From positions 62,001 to 126,000 of the forward strand of contig JAAOMT010000523.1 in NCBI GenBank assembly GCA_016748015.1: a stretch of DNA of 64,000 nucleotides. The letters run 5' to 3'. Below are positions 39,650 through 52,924 of this stretch, one piece after another. How positions within the stretch are numbered: the stretch's first letter is position 1; every line of letters starts with the position of its first letter. The stretch is from Geosiphon pyriformis uo1 (taxonomy: Eukaryota > Fungi > Glomeromycota). Below the pieces are notes generated by a model, which was not told the origin of the DNA, searched no databases, and saw only the letters and a list, made by a program, of their open reading frames with translations. The position numbers and the translations under genes were made by a program.

Positions 39650-39830
39650 ATTCAAATCCCACTAATGATAACAATGATTCAAACTCTGCTAATAACAGCA
39701 ATAATTTAAACTCTACTAATGATAGCAATAATTCAAACTCCACTAATGACAATAACAATTCAAATTCCATTAATAACAATGACAATTCAAACTCCATTAA
39801 CAACAATTCAAACTCCACTTCAAATACTGA
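39650..39830 (+). repeat. 27-bp tandem repeat (codes for NSNSTNDNN) upstream of the dUTPase fragment
   Basis: AATTCAAACTCYACTAATGAYARYAAY-like unit, about 6 copies. Confidence 0.85.
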
Positions 39831-42249
39831 ATGATATATCATGTTTCTAGATCTTACAATAGAGCAGAAATTAACTTAATTCAATAATAATAATAAGGGC
39901 ATTATGTCTAAACATGCACATAATACAGATATAAAATTTGAACTTATATATTCTGGACAGACTACTATAGTTAAAAATCCCAGTCACATATAAAATTAGA
40001 TTTAAAAATAGCAATAAAAATTACAGCAACAACATTGATACAAAAGAAAAATTTAGAAGATTTTACAGAAGCTCAATATTAAAGGAAAGAATAATGTTAC
40101 TCATAGAATATAGGAATTAAATATTAGTACATAAATTAGCCAATTAGAATAAAAGTAGTAAAAGTGGAATTTCAGGATTCTTCTTAAAGAAATTACAGAA
40201 TTTCTGGAATTCCAGAATTCCTGGCTAGAGAATTGAGGAATTTAAGAAATTTCATATAACATAAATTATATATATATAGTGAGAGTGTTAAAAGCAGAAA
40301 AAACAATTCCAGGAGAATTCAATAGAGTTTTATTAATTTAGAATAATTCTCTTTCTTTTTTATTTATTAACCTTTATTTTAAGGATAGTTACTATTAACC
40401 AAAATAGAATTATATAAATAAAATATTTCTTTAATTTTTCAAATTCATGTTATTGTCATTTGTTTAAGAATCTAATCACTCTTCCATTTATCAACACTTT
40501 ATGTTGATAAAATCCAACACTTAACCATACTGAAACAATAGCTCTTGATTACAGCTATTAACAAAATACTAATTTTTTATTTTTTTTCATTTTTTTTTAT
40601 TTTTTTTTATTTCCTTTTGTTTGTTAATTTACTACTGATTAAAGAGATTAAGCACTGAGTAATTGACATCAAAGATAGCCTGGTAAAAGACTCCAAAGAA
40701 AGAGTATAAAGTTTGATAATTTAAGAATAACTTACCAAAAAAACAAGAAATTCGACAGAATTGCAATTCCAGAAGGCTACTGAAACACTATTGAATCTCT
40801 GTTTATTATACAAAAAACTCAATCACCAAAACCTTTAGATCAACAAAACCTTTAGAAACCAACACCATTTTATCAATTGAGCACCAAGTTACAAGTTTGT
40901 TATTTGCTTTGAGACCCTAAATAATTACTTGTAACAATGTTTTCTACTTTAATGAAATTACAAGCTATTGCATTGGCTTTTGAGTGTGTTTCTCTTTTTA
41001 GTTCAGTTTACTTATTTTTAGATAGTTAGGCTGCTTTAAATATGTATAAGTCAGAATTACATTTGGTGTGTTCAGATTTTTATAATTAGTGTTAAGTAAA
41101 GTGTTAGTACATTATAGACATTGTTTGTAGCAAGAATTTAAGGATTGAATAACACAAAATGAAGAATTACTTGGGTGTTTTGGGAAATAAACATGTTAAT
41201 GCTTTTGCTACTGCTGCCTCTCTCTCTGTTTAATACCTTTTCTCTTCTTCTGTTTAAGAGGTTATTGGATTATGGCTGATGATGATATTGTTTCTGATAA
41301 CTCTAGACATTTTGTTTTTAATATTTTTAGATCTGTTCATTATGTGTACTGAAAGGTTGGTTTTGGTTCTAAAGTTCTGATAAGTGTTTTGCTTTCAAAC
41401 ATTGACTAGTTTAGTTCTTCTTTGGTATGGCATCCTAATTTACATATGGCTGTGGGTTTTACAAGCAAACTTTCTGTTGGCATATGTACTTATTTTATAA
41501 AGACTTTGCATTATTGGCTGTCTGTTGCTATTTGGAAGTACTTGTATAACAAATGTTATTCTAATATATTGTATTTGTACTGTAGTGAGGTCAAAATTTC
41601 TGATTATGTGTTCTCTTGTGGAGCTGACAGTTCTGCCTGTTGTCAATTGTTTAATGTCCATGCAGCTTATTGGGGAGTGTTTATTGGTTTTCCTTACTCC
41701 TCTTCTTGTATATCTCAGTTTTTGTTGTCTTGTGCCTTTGACACCTCTGTATATATGGCTTTTTATAAAAATTTTGTTTTTAAAAATTAGCTCTATAAGA
41801 TTGTTTCTGTTTTCTAAGATCCCAAAATTGTGAGTTAAAAAGTTGTAGAGTTTTTGTGTGCTTTTTGTTTCACCTTTAGGGATGATATTTGGTTGGTCTG
41901 TATTAAGTATTGTGCTTTTATGAAGAAGAATAAGCTGATTTCACTTGATGATTTGGCTCCTATTTTAGTTTCTGGATTTTTTTTGGGGCTTTTTGCTGGT
42001 GTTATCAAGTTGCTTGGGATTGCTAAGACATTTGGTGTTTGTTTTGGTTTTTGTAAGTCTTGTTTATTTTTTTTAGGTATTAGTGACATGACTTTAGTTT
42101 CTATAATTGTTTAGTATTGTTCTAATTGATCTAAATGACTAGTTACATATAGAAAAAGTGTAATTGACACCTAGTTTAGATTACTTATATATGATATATA
42201 ATACTAGATAGTATTTGGACCTTACTCATAAAACCTAATAAAAAAAAAC

Positions 42250-45200
42250 ATTTTATTAATTCTTAAAAAATTTAATACAAATTTATAATTACAAATTTTA
42301 ATTATAATTTTAAAATATTATTTTTATAAAAAAACCAAAAAAAAACTTATTTAAAAATTTATTATATTATATACAAAAAACACAATATAAATTTATTAAA
42401 AATTGTATTATTCTTAATAATAAAACCAAAAAATATAAAATATAAAATATAAAATATTATTATCTTATTATTTTTATTTTTAACTTTAAATTAATAAGCA
42501 ATTAAAAAAAAACAAAAATTTAAAAAAAATACATAATAAATTCTATTGTTTTAAACTTTATTAAATTAATATTTGAAGTTTTATATGAATTACTAAATAA
42601 AAAATTTTATTAAAAAAAAGATAATATATAAGATTAATTATTTTACAATATTATAAATATTAAATTAGTTTATTAAAAACTTTGTTAAAATATAATTATA
42701 AATTTATTAATATAAAAAAATATTATAAAACTTTAAATTTAATATTTTAGCAATTTTAAAAATTATATTTTTACCAGTTTTTATTTGTTTATTTTTACAA
42801 AAATTTAATTAAATATCTAATAATTTGTTTAAATTTACTAAAATATCAACACTTATATAATTAATATTAAAAAATTCTTTTATATTTAAGATATTATATT
42901 ATTAATTAGTAATATAAAGACAAAAAAATTATTAATTGTTTTTTTTGTTTTTTTTGAGTTTTTTAAATTGTTGTTTTAATTATAAAACTATTTATTAAAA
43001 AATTAACTAAGTTTTAATTAATATATTTCTTAAAGTTAATATTTAAGTAATCAGAATTTAAATCAAAAATAAAAACTTTTATTTTATTAAATTTGTTTTT
43101 AATTTAAAATTTAATATTGTTTTTAATTTTGTTTTAGTATAAATATTAAGTTGTTAATATCTTTATACTATTTTACAATATTTTTTTAATATTATATATA
43201 ACAATTTTTTAAATTAAGTTAATTGTTAAAAAATAAATAAATTATTATTAATATATATTTATTTAACTTGAACTATTTTAATAAAACTTGTAAATTTAGT
43301 TATTTTGGTTTTAAAGTTTTTTTTTTTTTTAATTATTTTAATGAGTGAAGTCCAAATGCAACCTATTTAAAGTTATTTAATTTAAAAACAAAAATATTAA
43401 AAGCATTAATATTTTAAAATAACAAATTATTAAATTTAATTAAAAATATATTAACAAATAAAAAAATTATTTATAATTATATTTAAACCAAAAAATAAAG
43501 CAAAAAAACCAATAAAAAATTTTTAAAATATTTATTTTAGTTTTTAAAAAAAAAAATTTAATTACTAAATAAATTTAATATTTGTAAATAAACCAATATC
43601 AAAAAAACCAATTATAAATTTATTAAATATTTTTAATTTATTATTTAATTTGAAACTTGGCTAAAAAACTATTTAAATTTAAATATAAGAAAAAAATATT
43701 TTTTTTAAAATAAAAATTAAAAAATTAAGTATAATTAATTTTTAAAAGCATATATTTATAAAATTTTTTAAATAGACTTTTAAAAAAATCATATTTTAAT
43801 TTAAAATATTTAAAATATAAATAATTTTTACAGTAAACCAAATTTAATTTAGTTCATAATAAATTAATTTTACCAAAAACAAAAATTATGTAATAGGTTT
43901 TTTTCAAAAAATTTCAAACTTAAAACAAATAATAACATATTTTATTTTATTTTTTATAATAAATATAAAATTAATAACATATATTTTTTTACTAATTTTA
44001 TTTAAAATTATGTATAATAATATTTATAAGTAAAGTTAACAACACAATTTTAAATTTATTTTTTTGTTTTTAAGTTATTTAATTTTTATTAATTTTAGTT
44101 ATATATATTAAATTTTTGTTAATTAAAAAAAATTACTTAAAAATTAACAAATTAATTTGATTTAATTTAACAAACTTTATTATAGTTTAATTAATTATAA
44201 TTAGATTAATATTATCTTATTAAACTTAAATAAAGTTAAAAAATTGTTTTTTTTTTAATTTAAATAAATTTTTAGTTTTTTAAATTGCTGTTTATTAAGA
44301 TTTTTTTTTAATAATTATTTTTTTTGGTTTTTTTAGATATAAATATAGATTTAATAATTTTAAAAAGATAATAATCTTTTAAAACTATTAATTATTTGTA
44401 TTTTTGTTATAAATATTTTTATTAAAATATTAATATTTAAAACATAAAATTTTTTAATATGAACTTTTATTTTTTTTGTATTTATTTTTGTTTTTAAAGT
44501 GTTTATTTAAAAATTAAATAAAATTTTACTTTTACTGTTTATATTATAATTATTATTAGCTATTAAAAAACTGTTTGTTTTTTTTTAAAGTCAATTTTTA
44601 TGTTTAAAAATTATTTAACATTAACCAAAAATTTGTATAAAAATAAATTATCTTTATTATTTAAATATCTAATATTTTTAACTATGTTTTTTAAATTTTA
44701 TATAAAAATATTATTAACAAAATTATAAATAATTTCTTATATTAACTTTTTTTTAGTTATATTATAATCAATAATAACTATTAAGTTTAAAATAAAAAGA
44801 TTATTGTTTTGTAAAATATTAAAAAAAATAGAACAAAAACAAAAAATTAGTTATTTTTTGTGAAATTTAGAACATAGAAAAAAAAGTTTTTTTTATTTAT
44901 TAATTAATTATAATTATTTTTAAAAATATATTATTATATTTTTAAATAAGTTTTAATATTATTACTATTAAAATAAATACTTTAAAAAAAGTTATATTTA
45001 ATAAAATTTATAATTAAACTTATTGGTTTTTTAATAATTTTAATTATAAAAAACAGATTTAATACAAAATTATATATTTAGTTAATTTTAAATTACTATT
45101 ATTGTTAATTTGGTTTTTAATTGGCTTAAATAATTAATTATATTATATATAATACAATTTAATTTATAATATTTAAATAATTAATAATTAAATTATTTTT

Positions 45201-46230
45201 GAATAATAATAAAAACAAGATAAAAATATAAATATACAACTTTTAAGCAATTTAATATAAAATCTGTTTTTAAAAACATAATAAATTAATAAAAGTTTTT
45301 TTTATACAAATAAGCCAATAATAATTTTTTTTAAAATTCATTTTTTAATTATATCAATTTAATTCAGTCTATTTTAATATTATAAAAAATAAATACAAAG
45401 TTTAATGTTTTTTTAAATTTAAAGTATATAATAGCAAAAAATTTTTTATATAACTTAACATATCTTTATTAATTATACAAATTTTCTTATTAAATTTTTT
45501 AATTATTTTTATAAATTTTAAATAGTTGAATTTTTTGGCATAAAACTTTCTGCTAATCTTTTTTATTTTAAGTATTTTATTATTTATAGCTTTAACAATA
45601 TACACAATATTTAATTTAATTAAAGTAAACTATTATACAGCTGCTTTATTTGTTATTTTTAATTTGGTATATATATTTTTTTATTAATGCTATAACCTAC
45701 GTACGCAAAACACACGTGTTCTACAAATAGGCGTGGCTCAACCTCGACATCGGAAACCAAATCCTTTCCCTGTGTAAGACCACAAAGGAACGCATAAACT
45801 CCACAATCTTAGCAGAGGCCACCTTCATAGACTTAAATACACGAAAAACAAAGCCCTTAACAAGAGCCATGTACACCGGCCAGACACTCACTGGATGACA
45901 GCAGGTGATTAGTATACTTAACAATAATTTTTTGCCCAAGTATTATTAAGTTAAAACTTTGATATAGTTATTTTTACAGTTTTAAAAATTGTTTTTATTA
46001 ATCTTTTTTTGAAAATTACTTTTTAATTTGATTTAATATGTATTAATTACATATTATAATTTTATTACTTTTTGTTATCTTAATTATAACTGATTTGTTT
46101 AATATAAATAGAAATGTAGTTTTTTAAAAATTCAGTAAAAGTTTTTAATAATATTAAATAACTTTTTTAAATTTTTTGGTGCTAATAAAATATTTTAATA
46201 TTTTTTTTTGGCTTAATAATATGGTTTTTA
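42250..46230. other. Extreme AT-rich desert with LINE relics
   Basis: Almost no C/G; LINE tail remnant GAGTGAAGTCCAAATG beside poly(T) at about 43317-43358. Confidence 0.85.
45700..45910 (-). mobile_element. Short LINE ORF2 C-terminal fragment with CpGs intact
   Basis: VYMALVKGFVF..KVASAKIVEFMRS..IW matches the C-termini of LINE-1 to LINE-4. Confidence 0.75.
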
Positions 46231-46779
46231 GACTGATTCGAATTTGATGGATTCAAAAGATGGGATGATTTTCACTGTCCCAAAAAAAAAGTTGTGATGC
46301 AATTATCATAAACAAGCTTAATCCTCATTATTTTTGGCTGAACCATTATCTCTCACCCACGTTCAAGAACATTAGGAGTCACCTATCCCAACACCAATTT
46401 CGTGGCTCGGCTTAGAACCTTGAGTGATAAGACTTCTCATCACGCCACCCATTCCCATTAATGTTTACAACAAATATTCGCCTTCCTATGTCTATCAACG
46501 AGCGCTTGTGCTCTTTTTTGCCTGCACCCTTTTTTCGTTGGCGATGAGCTCGAGGCATGAAATGTAACATGATACTTTCCGTTCGAACGGTTCGATGTCG
46601 CATTCATCAAAAATCCTACAAAATTCCAAACTGAGAACTTTCGCTCGAAATATTTATGTGAAGTTCCCAATTATAAATAATAGATTAGACTTAAATTACC
46701 TTTAGTCAATTTGAATCGGAAAACAAGATGTGAGAATTTCTATACTTTTGTTTTTATTATCTGTTATTAAATTCATCAA

Positions 46780-47836
46780 TTACAGAGATGGAAACTCTTT
46801 TTCATAATTGAGGTTTGAAGTCTCATTAATTGGAGTAATTTGAATAGTGGGTTGTTGTTGATCAAGATTACTAATACCACTTAAATTCTTTGAGGAAAAT
46901 TGAGTTTTTTTCGAGTCATGTGATTTTTTTGATGATCCACCACGATCTCTATTTTTAGCCTTATTATTACGATTGTGAATTACGGGAATTTCATCATTCA
47001 ATTGAATAAATATTTTCTCAATTGCCTCTTTCGTATATATCTCATTAGGTTGAGGTTTAACTTTTGTAATACGTTCAAAACCTTCTTCGATTCGTGGTTC
47101 TTTCATCCAATCTTTAAATTTTTCCAAAATCTTGATTCCTTCAATGCCTTGAACATCAGTAGGATGATTTTGACGAACATTAATTCGTGCAGCACATTCC
47201 TTTTTGAAAGTAATAATAATTAAAAATTTTTTCGCGACATTCAAAAAAAAATTAGAAATATTTTTTTCACCTCATATGAAGTATCCATAATAATAACATC
47301 GACCGGTACATTGTAATTCCACGCTATTTGAACCCAAGTTTTACGTTGAGCTTCGTCAAAATTACAACGATCTATAATCACATTTTTATTCTGACGCATT
47401 TGATCCCTGAATTTAGCTTCACAAAGTTTACGACTGCCTAAATCATCTTGATTAATCCTATACCAATTCTAAACATAAAAAAATCATTAAATATACCTCC
47501 TCTTTCAAGAATTGGATCTAAATTTTAATTATTTAGGCTCACCGGAAATTCTTTGCAGAGTGCCTTTGAAAAAGTTGATTTTCCAGACCCAGGAACTCCC
47601 ACGCAAATGATTACCCTATTTTTTTGGATTTCAGCTTCCATTAAAGGCTCTTTGATAAAATCATCAATAGTCGAAGGCTCGTTGGCTGTCTGAAGATCTA
47701 AACTTGACTCTTTGGAAGTTTTACTGTTTTCTCGTAGATTGGAAGTAACGGTAACAACCTGGGTAGACTTTGAATTTGTTGCTGATCCGTTAATTTGTGA
47801 ACTCGTACCAGGGGTATTATGATTTATTGAAGACAT
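46780..47836 (-). CDS. P-loop NTPase / polynucleotide kinase-like protein (AAA_33-like), 3 exons (47836-47543, 47468-47271, 47199-46780)
   Basis: GVPGSGKST Walker A; INQDDLG; IIDRCN; GT-AG introns. Confidence 0.85.
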
Positions 47837-48057
47837 TGAGTTTCATAACTCTCAATTAATCTCTTTTGAACGCTCATTATTTTATATTACGAGTTCGCTC
47901 ACTGACGCAGTAACGAAATACTGCGGGAAATGAATGAATACAAACCTTATTTCTTAAATCAGGATTATGAATTTTTTCAAAATTGCACAAAATGACAAAT
48001 ATTGCGTATTTCATTATTATTATCATTGTACAAAAAAAATATATTGTTACTTTAATC

Positions 48058-50349
48058 ATGCTTCGTTTGTTCCCCAAAAATTCTTTTCAAAAACTTACTT
48101 CAAGAATTATACCCAAAAATGTTTCCTCAATCCCTAAACGTTGTTTCTCCTCTTATAATTTTAACGTTGCCGGCTTGACCGAAGAGCAAAATGAAGTACG
48201 GGTTTGTTATTTGAGAGTTTCGGGTGCATTTGTTTTCCTCTCTCAAAAAGCTTTTACTCCTTTTGAAAGCTTCGTGAGGCTGTCAACATCTTTTGTAAGA
48301 AAGAATTAACTCCTCGGGCTGAGCAAATTGATAAAGAGAATCTCTTTCCAATGGTATTTTCGCTCTATGCGTCTAGCTAACCGCCTTTGCAAGCTACTCC
48401 AGTTCAAAAGGCGCCTCAAAAAACTAGACAATTATTAATAGGACATGTGGAAGAAGTTTGGCGACATGGGTCTTTTGGGGATTACAGCACCACAAGAGTA
48501 TGGCGGGTTAGGCAAAGGCTACCTTGAACATACCTTAGTTATGGAAGAAATATCGTATTCTTCTGGGTCTGTCGCTCTTTCCTACGGAGCCCATTCTAAT
48601 CTTTGTGTCAATCAGATCGTAAGGAATGGTAGCAAAGATCAGAAACAAAAATACTTACCAAAGGTTAGCTCTAATATTATCTATTAATCTTTGAAATTAT
48701 GTAATTGATATTAATTAAAAATTTCATTTAGCTTATTTCTGGTGATCACATAGGCGCATTAGCAATGTCCGAAGTAGGTTCGGGTTCTGATGTCGTATCA
48801 ATGCGTCTTCGTGCCGAGAAAAAAGATGATCATTATTTATTGAACGGAACCAAAATGTGGATTACGAATGGCCCAGATGCAGACTTATTGGTGGTTTATG
48901 CCAAGACTGATTCTAAAGCAGGAGCACATGGAATAACTGCTTTTCTTGTTGAAAAGGTAATAGCTCATATTCTAATCTATTCCTGAATACTATCGTCAAA
49001 GATTTCTTGCATCATTAAAATTGGCTAAATCAATTCGACTTTTTCCAGGGATTTGAGGGCTTTTTCACCGCGCAAAAATTGGATAAATTAGGCATGCGCG
49101 GATCCAACACTTGCGAGCTTATCTTTGAAAATTGCAAAGTTCCAGGTTTGCATAACAAACCCTTTGGTTTTTTTCCATTCTAATTCAATCCGGTCGCCCA
49201 TTCCTCTGTTCAATTTTTTTTTAGTAATATTAATGATAACTTTTTCTCAAATTGATAGTTGAAAATGTTCTCGGAACCGAAGGCAAGGGTGTTTATGTCT
49301 TAATGAGTGGTTTAGACTTGGAACGTCTTGTTCTTTCAGGTGGTCCATTAGGGTAATTTTCTATACAAATATTCTTTGTTAATTATTAAATGCATATAGA
49401 AGAATTTGAAAAAAAGTGGTCTAATTAATAGGCTCATGCAAGCAGCGTTAGATGTGGTGTTGCCATACACTCATAATCGTGAACAATTCGGTCAACCTAT
49501 CGCACATTTTCAACTAATACAAGGAAAGCTGGCGGATATGTATACCAAGTTGAATGCTTCAAGAGCATACGTTTATGCTGTCGCCCGGGCTTGTGATAAT
49601 GGACATGTTTCAAATCGGGTTTGCCTTTTCATCAATAATTGACATGAGGAATCGATTTTCTTTTGATCTACCTATCGGTCTGGATCCAATAGTAGATCAG
49701 AATTTACTATTGAAAAATTGACCGCCTACGAGATTTGGAACCAAAAACCGGTGTCTGGTCCGGGTCTCATAGGTTCGGCCACGTTCATCCTGACAATAGC
49801 GATGGTCAATATCTAGTTTTCACGTCCCGATCGCGATTCATGGCTCTATGATCTGTGATCTTAAGTAACGTAATTGGATTCGGACTTGGAAAACTAGAAC
49901 GTTGATCAATTTTCTCTTTCAATAATGAAGAGGAGCTAATACAATATTTGATGATAATATAACGTTTTAACAAGGAATGTGCCGGGGCTATTTTATATTC
50001 TGCAGAACGTGCCACAGAAGTGACTTTAGACGCTATCCAGTGTTTAGGCGGAAATGGCTATATCAATGACTGTGAGTAAGATATATAATGATCAACATGT
50101 TTGGTCTTCATTTTGAATTTTTATCACAAATATCGAAATTTAATTGTTCAGATCCGACTGGACGATTGTTGAGGGATGCGAAATTGTACGAGATTGGTGC
50201 TGGGACCAGTGAAATTCGACGATTAGTAATTGCAAGGTATTAAAAACTTGGGAAATTAACAAATCTCACACAAGAAATTCTAATAATCACCCATTGACGT
50301 TGGATTTCCACTCTTTAGGTCATTTGACAAAGATTTTGAAAATCCTTGA
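48058..50349 (+). CDS. IVD: Isovaleryl-CoA dehydrogenase, mitochondrial, multi-exon
   Basis: [53 protein letters not shown]. Confidence 0.95.
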
Positions 50350-50646
50350 GGATGAATTCAGTTTCCACGATAATGTTCGAAAGTTGTTCCTTTTTATTAG
50401 AACCCTTACTCTGTTTACAGATTCATTACTCATAAGCTATTTAGCAATTATATATAGAAAAATCGGCCCTTGACATTTTGAGGTTTTTTGAATATGGGTG
50501 CTTGCTTATTAAATGATTTAATTCTCATGGTAAAGCGAGAGGAGATAATTACCCAGGCCTTTGTGTCAATTACCAATCAATTGATCAGTTTAAAGGAAAA
50601 TCCCACTCTGGATTTTCCTATTGAATTAAAAAGCAAATTGGTGGAA

Positions 50647-51080
50647 TCATTCCTTAGATTTTCCTTCCACCAAGTCTTCAACTTGGTCCTCTAATTCGTC
50701 CAACTTTTTCTTTTGCTTTTTTAACTCTTCCTGCAAGTGTTTTAACTTTTCGGCGTCCTTTATTATGGAGGGACAAGTAGTGAGCTAGACTTTCTTAAAG
50801 CCTCAACTCCGTACGGTGGGTCAATCCTAAAAGAAAATAAAATGTTCAAAAAGCTACTGATACTTACATGCTTTCGAAAGTACTGTTCTTCCACAGCTTT
50901 TTCCCTTTTGCCAAAAGAGCCGGCTGAATCACGAATGGAACCTGCTCGATCGTCCCAAGTGCTCATAAGCCTAGTACCCCAGAGTTTTACCACACCATTC
51001 TTGATTATAGAAGAGTTAGGGCGGAGGGAGTTGAAAACAACTCTTTGAACACGACTGGCAGAAGTGAAAGTAAAGAGCAT
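50647..51080 (-). CDS. INH1: Mitochondrial ATP synthase inhibitor IF1, 2 exons (51080-50868, 50757-50647)
   Basis: Presequence-like N-terminus; GSIRDSAGSFGKREKAVEEQYFRKH|DAEKLKHL. Confidence 0.92.
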
Positions 51081-51325
51081 AGTTGTGATTATATCAAATC
51101 GAAAGGAAAGGATAGTTTCTTTTGCTCTAACAAGTCTTGGTGCTCAAACCTGATCGGCTTCCACGTGATACTCTGAATTATTATCACAATTGCAAATGTA
51201 AATAATAAAATATATTTTAATATAAATTTCAAAAGAAGTATTTTGAAAATAATATTTGTTCGAAATAAAATATGATTGGTACAAATATTATTTCAGTTAT
51301 ATTATTCTTAAAATCCTGATTCCGG

Positions 51326-52608
51326 CTAGCTCAGTATCTGCTTGGGCTTCTCACTTTTAGGTCGAAATGCGACAGTTGAAATAGTTTGTCCGGTAGCACC
51401 GCCAAACGCAAATCTGGGATGTTTAATGTGTGAATGGTAGACGAATTCTAATTTTAGATTGTCATTGAAATTATAATATCAAGAACCATTAAAATATAAT
51501 TCATTACTCGAAATTCAAATAGCTGTTTTATGCCAACTGATAAATTAAAAACTCACCATCACCAAACCGTGATTTCAACTCTTCTTCGGTCCAGTTACAG
51601 CTTGTGATCAAAAAAATTCCCGTTTCTTCCTTTACCAAAGTTTTCACCAACTCAGGATACAAATCCTTCTCACCCAATTTTTGTTGTCGTACAATATCAG
51701 GGTTCAAACTGATCGCATCGTACGTACCTTTATCAAGGACGATATCATACGCGATTTCGGTCTTATTCTCATCATGCAATAATAACTTTACTAAATCATT
51801 TTCGGAATCATTCATATTTGATGACATTCTGGGTGAGAAAATATCAAACACCGCATACTTTATGATATGTTCATATCCATGATGTTTAGATATAGATTTT
51901 GCTAAAGTAATAGCAAATGGCGAATAATCAATTCCGGTGAGGTTTGTATAATTTTTGAAGGCTAGTGTGAGGAGTAGGTGTCCGTTACCACAACCCAGGT
52001 CGAGAATTTTGGTAGACTTTGAAGGGGAATTTGTTGTTATCTTTCATTTTTAGCACAAATAGCCAGGATATGAATAAGTGAATGTCGATTCCAATCAATC
52101 ATCATTTTAAATGAGTGGAAAGAGTTTTCATATTACCCAATTAACCATCTTTTCAACCGCGGATTCACCGAACCATACTTCTCCTATATCTCTATTATCT
52201 GTGAAATTCGTGATTTCTCGTTCGTATAATGCGTCCCAACTACATTTTAATAATCAACAGTCAATCAAATTTTTACAAAAATTGCTCTAGGATAAGTTTT
52301 TTTGCGTTAAGAACAAAATCTTGAAAATGATCAAATAAAAGAATTTAATTCACAAGGATCGAATTTTATATAAAACAAATTCTTTCTTTACCCATTTTTC
52401 GGTTTACCATAATAACAAATCTCTTTAAAAGTTACACCTTTGATATGATCAAGCTTCAATAAGAAAAAACATACTATTCCTTAGTCCCCAATTCAGAGAT
52501 ACCAAATTCTAGTTCCGTTTTATCACCATCATCTTGGTTCAACCGATCCGATGGATATGATATGTCAATAATTTCCTTTGAACTAGGTATCTTTTTTTTA
52601 TATGACAT
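51326..52608 (-). CDS. EFM4: eEF1A lysine methyltransferase Efm4/METTL10, multi-exon
   Basis: SELGTKE|YWD, GEVWFGE, ILDLGCGNGHLL, VLDKGTYDAI, ITSCNWTEEEL, FAFGG. Confidence 0.92.
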
Positions 52609-52924
52609 TGCAATTTGGATAATATTGAATTTTAGATGTTGAAAAGATGCAAGTGCCTGATTAAAGATCATTGATCGTAAAAGCCACATAATGGTGGTCT
52701 TTAATTGGTTGTGTCGATATATCTTAAAGCTTATCAGTTATCATAAGAAATTTGGCAATTAGCTGATTTATATTTTTAATTGATTTTGTTCCGGGAATGA
52801 CTTGTGTCAAAAGCACTTTTTCCGAGTAATATGATAGTTGTAGGCCTTATTAATTTTTAAAAGCTACTAGATATTTAAATTAGCCAAAACAAAAATTGAT
52901 TAAATGTTTTTAGGGTGGCAAATT

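Larger units (their letters stand above)
37442..40936 (+). mobile_element. Non-autonomous LTR element D (family 1), 3.5 kb, perfect 4-bp TSD ATGT
   Basis: LTRs 37442-38339 and 40095-40936; PBS; PPT; 1.75-kb interior of gag start, tandem array, dUTPase fragment and ORF3 tail. Confidence 0.92.
35900..42248 (+). mobile_element. LINE-4 copy, 3' part (RT, RNase H, Cys knuckle, tail), split by element D
   Basis: VGWKYL..LIKIKMC; FVNNT; GLM|FSTLMKLQAIAL restored across D; shared tail. Confidence 0.9.

Noticed and set aside
39585-39842. Asn-rich and Leu-rich ORFs as genes
   Set aside because: By-products of a 27-bp repeat in a pol remnant
42250-46230. Centromere or mitochondrial insertion
   Set aside because: No satellite period, mitochondrial gene or tRNA seen; AT content alone is insufficient
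46250-46700. Small ORFs or ncRNA downstream of the P-loop gene (palindrome CCGTTCGAACGG)
   Set aside because: No recognisable protein or RNA family; cannot be supported from sequence alone
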